A stretch of 32,000 nucleotides of DNA, from positions 1,320,001-1,352,000 of the forward strand of contig JBJLBP010000001.1 of NCBI GenBank assembly GCA_045568075.1, given 5' to 3'. Position numbers and translations under genes: made by a program. Positions 16,650 to 24,162 of this stretch are shown here, piece by piece; within the stretch, counting starts at the first letter, position 1, and every line of letters begins with the position of its first letter. Source of the DNA: Candidatus Thalassarchaeaceae archaeon. Its GTDB lineage: Archaea > Thermoplasmatota > Poseidoniia > Poseidoniales > Thalassarchaeaceae. The notes below the pieces were generated by a model that saw only the letters and a program-made list of their open reading frames with translations, made no database searches and was not told the DNA's origin.

Positions 16650-17511
16650 GTTTAATCCACTCGTGCTCGAGCAGTGTCGAATTCTCCATGCGAGCCAGAT
16701 TCAACCATCGCCTGTGGGCTCGCGAGCCAATCGGAGGGAGGCTGAAACCCTCGACTACTGGTGTTGAATCGATGTGTTGTGAGAAATCCGGGTGGTCGAG
16801 AGACCAGAGCATGAGGCCATCAGCCGGCGCTCTCCCATGATCTACAGGGACCTCAGGATTGGCTAGCGCCGATACGATATCATCTACAGAAATCTCTGAA
16901 AGAATCACCCGATGGATTGCCGAGGCAATTCGACGGATTTGGTTCCAAAGAAATGACTCAGCCGTCACTGAAATACCAACGATTCGCCCAGAGGTATCAC
17001 GCCATGGCTCTACTGAATCGACGGTTCGCAGTGGACTACGATTATCTTCAAGTCGGCAAAAATTCCTAAAATCATGCTTGCCGACAAAGGCCGCACAAGC
17101 TGCAACAAAGAGGTCATTATCAAATTCCTGCGGCCACTTCGGAATCATCTCGCAACGATAGAGGTAGGTCCTAGAACTAGCGAATCGAACTATGCTTTCT
17201 CCCGACACCCTTTGAGCCTTCCAGACGACTAAGTCTACTGGCAAATGGTCGTTAATTGCCCTTACAAAAGTCGCCTCTCCGACATTCAATAAGACAGATT
17301 CCGAAAGAGAAATTGCTGCAAGATTCATTCTCACACTGACTCCGGCATCGGTCCTACTAGAAATCTCCAGGCAGCCATCACTCCACCAATCGAGCTGACG
17401 CAGAGCTTTGGTCATCTCACCCTGGACGGTGCGGACATCACGCTGAATTTGCGAGCCATGGAAGTCTGAGCCATGATAGCCCAGAGCGACCATCAACAGG
17501 TCGCCACTCAC
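16630..17511 (-). CDS. truA: tRNA pseudouridine synthase A
   Basis: LGYHGSDFHGSQIQ and the catalytic Asp block SSRTDAGVSV are present. The size (~290 aa) is typical. The 3' end overlaps the ribK 3' end by 20 nt in antisense. Confidence 0.8.
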   Translation of the reverse strand: MSGDLLMVALGYHGSDFHGSQIQRDVRTVQGEMTKALRQLDWWSDGCLEISSRTDAGVSVRMNLAAISLSESVLLNVGEATFVRAINDHLPVDLVVWKAQRVSGESIVRFASSRTYLYRCEMIPKWPQEFDNDLFVAACAAFVGKHDFRNFCRLEDNRSPLRTVDSVEPWRDTSGRIVGISVTAESFLWNQIRRIASAIHRVILSEISVDDIVSALANPEVPVDHGRAPADGLMLWSLDHPDFSQHIDSTPVVEGFSLPPIGSRAHRRWLNLARMENSTLLEHEWIKLNQGGG

Positions 17512-17523
17512 GACAACCCCTCT

Positions 17524-18072
17524 TCACTCATCCATGTGGAGGTACTCAATGGCCTCCTCGGCCGATGAGAATCCCAATCCAAGCATGGCGAATGTAACCG
17601 CCTCGGAGATGTACTGACGAGCGATTGGCGCGCTGCGATCAAAATTTGTCTTCAAATCGATTGCATCGATTAATCCGCGTGCTGCCTCGTAAAGATGGAA
17701 TGAGACATCGACTTCATCCGATGCCTTGCCTATCTCGACAAGTTTGTGCAGCTGCCTTACAGCCATTGGGATGCGGTCGAACTCGACCAAGGCGCCGGCA
17801 TAAGCCGCATTGTAGTCAGCATTGTCAGGAGCCATGCCCGCAGCACGTCGGAAGTAAGCGGCTATCTGACCCTCGTTGATGCGGTCCGCACCTTTCTCGT
17901 CGAGGTTGCCATTCTCCTGTATGTCAAAGAGGGCAGCCTCTGCCCAACCGTGGTATCCAGCAGGGTCATCGGGATTCGAATCGATGTATCCATCAAACAC
18001 CGTCATCGCACCAGCGTAATCTCCGCGTGTAATCAGTTGAGCAGCCTGTGTCACTACCTCGTCCGCACTCAT
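17524..18072 (-). CDS. TPR-like helical repeat protein (hypothetical)
   Basis: Helical repeats of the TPR kind (ITRGDYAGAMTVFDGYIDSNPDDPAGYHGWAEAAL; APDNADYNAAYAGALVEF). The start is set at ATG 18072 (MSADEVV). The longest ORF reaches 18171. Confidence 0.45.
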   Translation of the reverse strand: MSADEVVTQAAQLITRGDYAGAMTVFDGYIDSNPDDPAGYHGWAEAALFDIQENGNLDEKGADRINEGQIAAYFRRAAGMAPDNADYNAAYAGALVEFDRIPMAVRQLHKLVEIGKASDEVDVSFHLYEAARGLIDAIDLKTNFDRSAPIARQYISEAVTFAMLGLGFSSAEEAIEYLHMDE

Positions 18073-18152
18073 CTCTATTCCTCGGGACGAGTCTCGGTCA
18101 AGGCTGGTTATGAACGGTGCGGCCCATACAACCTCTAACTCGGAGCCAAAGA

Positions 18153-19346
18153 TCAGTTGAGGATGCCCCAAGCGTGTTCGGCATTACCCCGTATCCACTC
18201 GTAGTCCTCGAAAGTGCGCAGACCCTGCTCATCGAGGATGGCGATCTTCTCTACCTCGAGTGGATATTCATTGTAAGTCAGATGACTAACAAAGCCCGCG
18301 CGCGTAGGCTGATCGAATCTCCATCTCGCGCGCGATGTCGCGCGTACATGAATCGAAACCTGCGTACGTCCATTCCAAACTTTGACGAGAAAGCGAGGCA
18401 AAAGATTGCCCTTTTCATCACGCAGCGCATCCTCTCCTTCCTGACGATTCAGTTCAACTGTGCAGCGCTTGAAATTCTCAGTACGGTCACGCTTCGCATC
18501 ATGAAAAATCCCGGTACCGATGTTCGGCCAGCGAAAGAAATCTCGAGGAGACCAAGGGGCGTCGTCCATCATTGTGAACGAGGGTGAAGCATGGGGGAGA
18601 AACCAATCGATATAGGAGCCATCATCGAAATGAAGCATTCCCCAAAACCAAGGAAAACTCGGTGCTTGAACTCCAACCTTCTGGATATAGGCACTACCTT
18701 CGACCTCCTCGCCATCGATCTTTACTTTCGCTTTCAAACCATGAACTCTGAGGATATCGTATCCCATATCTAGAGCGTAGACGTTATTCTTGTATTTCGC
18801 AGAACTCGGGCGCTCCCACCAAGGAGTCATCTCAACTTTGAACTCCTTCGGAGCGCCCTCCTCGACCTTTGCTGGATCACTAGTCAGATTAAGCCAGAAA
18901 GCCTTCTTACCAGGGCGCAGACCGAATGTCAAATCTTCTGTTGTAAGAGGAATTACTGCGCCCGCACCTTCACCGCCTTCGCCAGCCTCAGCCGGCCACA
19001 GGGGGTGCTTGTCATCGATAGCAGCCATCCTGCACTCTGTCATTAACAGAGGCTCGTACATATTCTCGCCATCGTACCACCAAGCGCACACCATTCCAGA
19101 CATGACTGTGCCACCATCCTCGTCAACCAGCATTCGTGCCTTCGGGACCCACCAATGCCCACTAACGCGGATAGCAGAGGTCTCCTTCGATGACCAGAGT
19201 ACCATCAACTGACGAGAGCGCGTTGGGTGGACGGGGTCAGGGACGAGAACGAGAACCCACCACCACCACCAGGAAAGACGATTTAGAGGCGGCAAGATAT
19301 CGAAGCGCCAGAAATCGCGAAAATTACCTTGGATACTGTCCATCAT
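18153..19346 (-). CDS. Trp-rich cytoplasmic protein with tocopherol-cyclase / CrtC-AttH-like motifs (tentative)
   Basis: GLKAKVKIDGEEVEGSAYIQKVGVQAPSFPWFWGMLHFDDG parallels the plant VTE1 block GL...G..[29 protein letters not shown]. The N-terminal LSWWWWWVLVLVP sits where VTE1 has FEGWYFRVSIP. No signal peptide or TM is seen. Possible starts are ATG 19346, ATG 19343 and TTG 19370. Confidence 0.35.
   Translation of the reverse strand: MMDSIQGNFRDFWRFDILPPLNRLSWWWWWVLVLVPDPVHPTRSRQLMVLWSSKETSAIRVSGHWWVPKARMLVDEDGGTVMSGMVCAWWYDGENMYEPLLMTECRMAAIDDKHPLWPAEAGEGGEGAGAVIPLTTEDLTFGLRPGKKAFWLNLTSDPAKVEEGAPKEFKVEMTPWWERPSSAKYKNNVYALDMGYDILRVHGLKAKVKIDGEEVEGSAYIQKVGVQAPSFPWFWGMLHFDDGSYIDWFLPHASPSFTMMDDAPWSPRDFFRWPNIGTGIFHDAKRDRTENFKRCTVELNRQEGEDALRDEKGNLLPRFLVKVWNGRTQVSIHVRATSRARWRFDQPTRAGFVSHLTYNEYPLEVEKIAILDEQGLRTFEDYEWIRGNAEHAWGILN
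19257..19271 (-). repeat. (TGG)5 trinucleotide run encoding five consecutive tryptophans
   Basis: The plus strand reads CCACCACCACCACCA at 19257-19271. The minus-strand frame gives SWWWWWV. Confidence 0.95.
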
Positions 19347-19370
19347 GTGAATCAACTCTGAGCGGAACAA

Positions 19371-20996
19371 TCACATTATTTCTCGGTGCCTGAATTGGCG
19401 CTGGCCGAAGAGGACCATAAGTACTGTAATTAGGAGTAGAACAACTACTGAGAGGAGCGCCGATATGAATGGACTCTCAGTTCCCAAATGGTGCATCGGA
19501 GGATTCCAGAAGGCGGCGAGGGCTGATGGAAGATCGAAGGCCTCTGCAATGATAGACATCTCAAGCGTATTAGGCCAGACGATTAGAACGATTGAATCGA
19601 TGAATTGTAGAGTCCAATGAGAAACTGAGAGAATAGGAATTAGCTCAGCTCCTGCCAATGTGAGAACTGCCATTATGAATTCGTAAACACCGATAATCAG
19701 AGCGATGTAGACTCCGTATCTCGAAGAAATGAGGCCGAGAGTGTTGAAAATCGCACCGTAGGCAGCTAATGCTAGGATTGTTGCGAAAGCAATCCCTAGC
19801 CATACAACGATATCGGTCAACCGGAATATCGAATCTCCAGGACCTAAGGCGGCTGTGACCACCCCCATAAATAGAGACATGATGAGGACAAATCCACCTG
19901 AAATAATCAAATATCCTAGAATTCGGTAAGTGATGAATTCGCCGCGATGAATCGGTTTGGATAGTAGATAGTGGAGGGTACCGTTCTCGGTCTCGTCACG
20001 GACTAGGCCAAGAGCGAGGAAGAGTGGTAGGAAGATAGAGAGAATCATGACGAAGGCTATCTTGCCTGAAGCTATGATGAAGGCGCGATGAGCGTCTTCA
20101 ATCGAGAGTGATTCCTCGCTTGGATCCTCATCGACATAGTCGTCGCGATCAATATGGATAATTGTCCCGTCAGATGCAGCGTACCAGATTACATCGCACG
20201 GAATCCCGTTATTATTTTCGTCCTTATCGAAGCCGAATTCGAAGCTTATCCAATCAGTCCTCAGACAATCTCCGTCATCGTCAAATCCATTGATTCCGTT
20301 TGGGTCACCCGACCAATCGATATCGTCCTCATCAATGTAATTTGAGGCCGGTTCGGGTTCGACGTCATAGGCGTCTGCCATGTTGCCCCATTCCGCATAC
20401 CAATTCTGGTGGACTCGGAATGTCCCCTCTCCTCTGAATGTCGCTTCAAGAACGAAAATACGGTTCTCTTCGATTATACATCCATCTCCCCAATCTAGCC
20501 AATAATCTTCCAGCGGTTCACCCGAGGGACAAGCATCCAGTCGATTGACATCCAAGACTCCACGTCCGCCAGCGAACGATTCGTCTATCCAATTGTAAGT
20601 GAAGGTCCCTGTGGCTGAACGCCAAGTATGGTTGCCATAATGTACGGCACCCTGATTATTTTGGAAGGACCCCTCCGATACGAAATGACCCGATCCAGGG
20701 TAAGACATTCCATCCCAAGGGTCTGCTCCATACTTCATTTCCTGACCGGCTGGATATCCATCCATATCCCAATCGTGAGAGTCACCATCATTGTCGATTG
20801 GGTCCCAGCCTTCCCTAGCTCCAGCGATATACATCGCTAGAAGCGTCAGCAGTAGTAGAGTTCCTACACCGAGAACTACCCAAGTTGAGAGACGATGGCG
20901 CAATTGACGAATCGTCAGTTCAGTGATTGCTCCAGCCTTACGATCAAGACGAGTCCATACTGTGTCGGCGAGGCTGCGACCTTGTTTGTCCATCAT
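19371..20996 (-). CDS. ABC-2 family permease with N-terminal anchor helix and ~245-aa extracytoplasmic domain
   Basis: A TM helix at aa 38-58 is followed by an acidic Cys-containing ectodomain (aa 61-305) with DNDGDSHDWDMDG and FDDDGDC motifs. Six hydrophobic spans then follow, beginning with the ABC-2 hallmark VRDETENGTLHYLLSKPIHRGEF. The start overlaps the upstream ATPase stop by 1 nt (TAATG). Confidence 0.65.
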   Translation of the reverse strand: MMDKQGRSLADTVWTRLDRKAGAITELTIRQLRHRLSTWVVLGVGTLLLLTLLAMYIAGAREGWDPIDNDGDSHDWDMDGYPAGQEMKYGADPWDGMSYPGSGHFVSEGSFQNNQGAVHYGNHTWRSATGTFTYNWIDESFAGGRGVLDVNRLDACPSGEPLEDYWLDWGDGCIIEENRIFVLEATFRGEGTFRVHQNWYAEWGNMADAYDVEPEPASNYIDEDDIDWSGDPNGINGFDDDGDCLRTDWISFEFGFDKDENNNGIPCDVIWYAASDGTIIHIDRDDYVDEDPSEESLSIEDAHRAFIIASGKIAFVMILSIFLPLFLALGLVRDETENGTLHYLLSKPIHRGEFITYRILGYLIISGGFVLIMSLFMGVVTAALGPGDSIFRLTDIVVWLGIAFATILALAAYGAIFNTLGLISSRYGVYIALIIGVYEFIMAVLTLAGAELIPILSVSHWTLQFIDSIVLIVWPNTLEMSIIAEAFDLPSALAAFWNPPMHHLGTESPFISALLSVVVLLLITVLMVLFGQRQFRHREIM

Positions 20997-21934
20997 TAAT
21001 TTCCACCTACCAAGTAGCCCAGCAGGGCGTCGAGATTGTCATCCGGATTTTCGATTGATGTGATTTTGATGCCAGATTCAACGATTATTCTTGGGAGAAT
21101 CGCATGAGCGGCTGAGAGGTCATTGGTGAGAATTTCAAGCGCCCCCTCTCCTGCGAATCTTACGCCGTAAACAGGATCTTCAGGTACGAAGCATCCAGCC
21201 AGAGCCCTTGGGTCTTCAGTGCGGATGAGAATTCTGTGTGGATGCTTGTCGAGCAGGTCGCGAATTGCGTGAAGATTGCCGAGCGCAAGGAGGCGTCCAT
21301 TGTGAAGAATGACAATTTGTTCAGTTATACGCTCAATCTCATCGAGGATGTGGCTTGAGACGAGCACCGTTTTACCTTGCGCACCAAGGTCACGAATTAC
21401 GCTCATGATACTGGTGCGAGCAATTGGGTCGCATCCATGGAGTGGCTCATCGAGGATGATTAAGTCAGGGTCGTGGACAAGGGCGTGTGCGATTTTAACG
21501 CGCTGCCTCATGCCCTTGCTGTACTTGCCAACCTCCTTGTTTTGAACGTCAGATAAACCGACGAATTCGAGGACATGTGCAGCGCGCTCTATCGCCTCAT
21601 CCCTCGTCATTCCGTGAAGGCGAGCCAATGTCGAGACAAAATCGAGTCCAGTCATCCAATCATACAACTTCTCTGTCTCGGCGACATAGCCGACGCGTCG
21701 GTAAGGAGCCGTATCCTCCCACGGGTCGACTCCGAATAATCGAACAGTGCCACTGCTTGGCTTCAATCGACCCATCAAGAGTTTGAACAGAGTTGATTTT
21801 CCAGCACCGTTCGGTCCCAAGATCCCAGTAACTCCACCATCAATCGCGAGAGAGACATCGTTCAGGCCAATCACCTGACCGTACCACTTCGAACAGTGAT
21901 CAATGAGCACAGCCGGGACGGGTTTCGTACTCAT
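20996..21934 (-). CDS. ABC transporter ATP-binding protein (ABC-2/DrrA-like), copy 2
   Basis: Walker A GILGPNGAGKSTLFK, signature YSKGMRQRV, Walker B LIILDEPLHGCDP. The ATG overlaps the upstream permease stop (ATGA at 21931-21934). Confidence 0.9.
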   Translation of the reverse strand: MSTKPVPAVLIDHCSKWYGQVIGLNDVSLAIDGGVTGILGPNGAGKSTLFKLLMGRLKPSSGTVRLFGVDPWEDTAPYRRVGYVAETEKLYDWMTGLDFVSTLARLHGMTRDEAIERAAHVLEFVGLSDVQNKEVGKYSKGMRQRVKIAHALVHDPDLIILDEPLHGCDPIARTSIMSVIRDLGAQGKTVLVSSHILDEIERITEQIVILHNGRLLALGNLHAIRDLLDKHPHRILIRTEDPRALAGCFVPEDPVYGVRFAGEGALEILTNDLSAAHAILPRIIVESGIKITSIENPDDNLDALLGYLVGGN

Positions 21935-23064
21935 TCTCGAGTCACCTCCAGAGAACTAACTCTGCTTACCAACAATCCGATTGAAGCCGCATTGTAAATT
22001 AGAATAGAAATTACTGAGAAAGCCAGTGGATGCTCGTAATTAGCAGGAATCCCAAGCAACCACTGACCTACGTGAGCCAGAGAATCATAGGGACTGAGAA
22101 TGTAGAACATCGTCGTGTCGAAAACCAATTCAATCATCAAAGCGACCACCTTGGTACCGAAAATAATCGCTAGGAATCCAATCGCTGCGAAAAAGCGACT
22201 CTGACTCACGCTCGATAGCGCCATTCCAATCGAAGTGTAAGTTATCACAAGTAAAATTCCTGCAATCAAGCCTCCGAGGAAGTAAGGTAGAGTATCGATT
22301 AAGAAAGCCCAACCCTCGCCATTGAAGACAATTGCAGCCGCGTAATAGAGCATGTAAGAGAAGACGATAACGAAGCCCAAAACCACAGAGGCTGAGAGAT
22401 ACTTCATTGCCGTGTAATCAGTTCTCGTAACCGGTCTTGAGAAGTAGATCGCGCTGGTTCCATTCTTACGGTCATCGGAAATCATGCCTCCAACCACCAG
22501 AGCTGTCAGAAGTGGCCACATGCAGAGGTTGCGGGGGAAGTAACCGAGAACTTGCCCCCAGAGGTTGTAGCGGTTGACTCCCCACATTCGGTTGAGGAAT
22601 TCTGCCCCCTCACCTCCAGAGATAGTCACGGAGAGGAAAATCATCGCTATTGGAGTCAGCGAACTTAGGAAGATTACGAGTATTGCAAGTCTGACGAATG
22701 GGTTGTAATATCGATGTCCCTTGCCACGGAAGAGACCGTAAACATGGTGCCTGAAAATCGCGTAATTACGAACCCAGCGAGGCCCTAAATTACCGTCCCA
22801 AGGCCTGTAAATTTGCTCAAAAAGTATGCCTAAAGAGGCCTTGCGCGCAACCACCGCTTTTGCATCATCATCACCATCTCCAGCCCCGTATGCGACCTCC
22901 ATTCGGGTCTGGCCCGAGCCTATATCGAGGTCCGATTGATTCTCATCTGTGAGTTCTCCAGTTACGGCATTGGTAGGACTTGCCACCTGTGTATTGGTCT
23001 GTGGCAGTTCGGCCTCATCTTCTTTCGGAGGTTCTGTGGATTCAGGGTCAGACAGAAGCACCAC
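21931..23064 (-). CDS. ABC-2 family permease with acidic disordered N-terminus
   Basis: Six hydrophobic spans, with the ABC-2 hallmark ISDDRKNGTSAIYFSRPVTRTDY after the second span. The N-terminal ~90 aa are acidic and low-complexity. The annotated start GTG 23064 lies 17 nt inside the upstream ATPase gene, directly after a GGAGGTG. Met55 (22902) is an alternative. Confidence 0.6.
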   Translation of the reverse strand: MVLLSDPESTEPPKEDEAELPQTNTQVASPTNAVTGELTDENQSDLDIGSGQTRMEVAYGAGDGDDDAKAVVARKASLGILFEQIYRPWDGNLGPRWVRNYAIFRHHVYGLFRGKGHRYYNPFVRLAILVIFLSSLTPIAMIFLSVTISGGEGAEFLNRMWGVNRYNLWGQVLGYFPRNLCMWPLLTALVVGGMISDDRKNGTSAIYFSRPVTRTDYTAMKYLSASVVLGFVIVFSYMLYYAAAIVFNGEGWAFLIDTLPYFLGGLIAGILLVITYTSIGMALSSVSQSRFFAAIGFLAIIFGTKVVALMIELVFDTTMFYILSPYDSLAHVGQWLLGIPANYEHPLAFSVISILIYNAASIGLLVSRVSSLEVTRE

Positions 23065-24037
23065 CTCCTGTATGTTCGGAAGTCATCAGGTCCGAAGTTC
23101 CCTTGACTTGGGCTCCGAGCTTGTCCATGATAAGCAGGAAAATATCTTCCAGATCTGGTTCATACTCATGTAATTCGCGAATCTGCACGTTTGCCTTGTA
23201 AGCGATTTGAATGATACGATTGATAGTGCTCTCGTCGTCGATTGTCACCCTCATGACTCGCCCCATCCTTCGGACCTTGAGACCATCAGCGAGCAGAGCC
23301 TGCTCCATTTGAGATGCACCTCCCCAAATCACTGCCTCGACCTCGCGTTCGATTTGGTCCGCGAGGTCGGCAATCGGACGATTAACGACGACTTGGCCTT
23401 TGTGAATCATCACCACACGGTCACAAACCTGCTGCACATCGTCCATCACGTGGCTAGACATCAGGACAGTTCCCCCGCCTTCATCGACGGTTCGCCTTAG
23501 AGTGTTGAGCATGAATTCGCGAGAGCGTTGGTCGAGGCCGTTTGTGGGTTCGTCACAGATGAGAATCTCAGGATCATGGACGATTGCACAAGCGAGTTTG
23601 GTTGCCTGCTTCATCCCCGTACTAAAAGACTCAATCTTGCGATAACGTTGGTCCCGCAGGCCAACATATTCGAGCACTTCATGGGAGCGCTGCATCGCTG
23701 ATGCGGGGTTCATTCCGAGGAGTTCGCCAGCGTATCTGACTTGGTCGATGGCGGTGAGGTCTGGATCGAGAGAGTCGTATTCAGGCATGTAGCCGATACG
23801 AGCTCGAATGATGTCGCCATCGGTTTTGATGTCATAGCCGAGGACTGAACCATTTCCCGAGGTTGTCGTGATGAGGCCTAACAAGCACTTGAACAAGGTA
23901 GATTTCCCTGCTCCATTGGGTCCGAGGATACCAATTGCTCCCTTTGGAATTTGTACGTTGACGTCATCGAGGGCAAGGTGTGGGCCGTACATCTTGCGCA
24001 GATTACGAGTCTCGATGACGAATTCCGCATTCTCCAA
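23048..24037 (-). CDS. ABC transporter ATP-binding protein (ABC-2/DrrA-like), copy 1
   Basis: Walker A GILGPNGAGKSTLFK, signature FSTGMKQATK, Walker B ILICDEPTNGLD, plus a ~100-aa C-terminal accessory domain. The only in-frame start at the expected N-terminus is TTG (24035-24037). Confidence 0.9.
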   Translation of the reverse strand: MENAEFVIETRNLRKMYGPHLALDDVNVQIPKGAIGILGPNGAGKSTLFKCLLGLITTTSGNGSVLGYDIKTDGDIIRARIGYMPEYDSLDPDLTAIDQVRYAGELLGMNPASAMQRSHEVLEYVGLRDQRYRKIESFSTGMKQATKLACAIVHDPEILICDEPTNGLDQRSREFMLNTLRRTVDEGGGTVLMSSHVMDDVQQVCDRVVMIHKGQVVVNRPIADLADQIEREVEAVIWGGASQMEQALLADGLKVRRMGRVMRVTIDDESTINRIIQIAYKANVQIRELHEYEPDLEDIFLLIMDKLGAQVKGTSDLMTSEHTGGGASV

Positions 24038-24058
24038 TTGAGCACCAACCTAGGTGGT

Positions 24059-24075
24059 GACTCCCAAAGGGAGTC
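24059..24075. other. perfect 7-bp/3-nt-loop hairpin in the tgtA / ABC-operon intergenic spacer
   Basis: GACTCCC-aaa-GGGAGTC. The right arm also forms the DNA palindrome GAGTCGACTC (24070-24079). It lies 22 nt upstream of the ABC ATPase TTG start and 88 nt downstream of the tgtA stop. Confidence 0.25.
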
Positions 24076-24162
24076 GACTCGATGTGGTGGCCGTAATCAC
24101 TTGAATGAATCCCCGTCGCCCATCTCGTTGCATCAGGTAAGAGGGTAAGAAAATGAGGGGGG

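Noticed and set aside
18117-19393. Plus-strand ORFs 18117-18587, 18591-18773, 18790-19212 and 19190-19393
   Set aside because: All are antisense to the 400-aa Trp-rich gene. That gene is part of a tightly coupled operon and carries recognisable conserved blocks.
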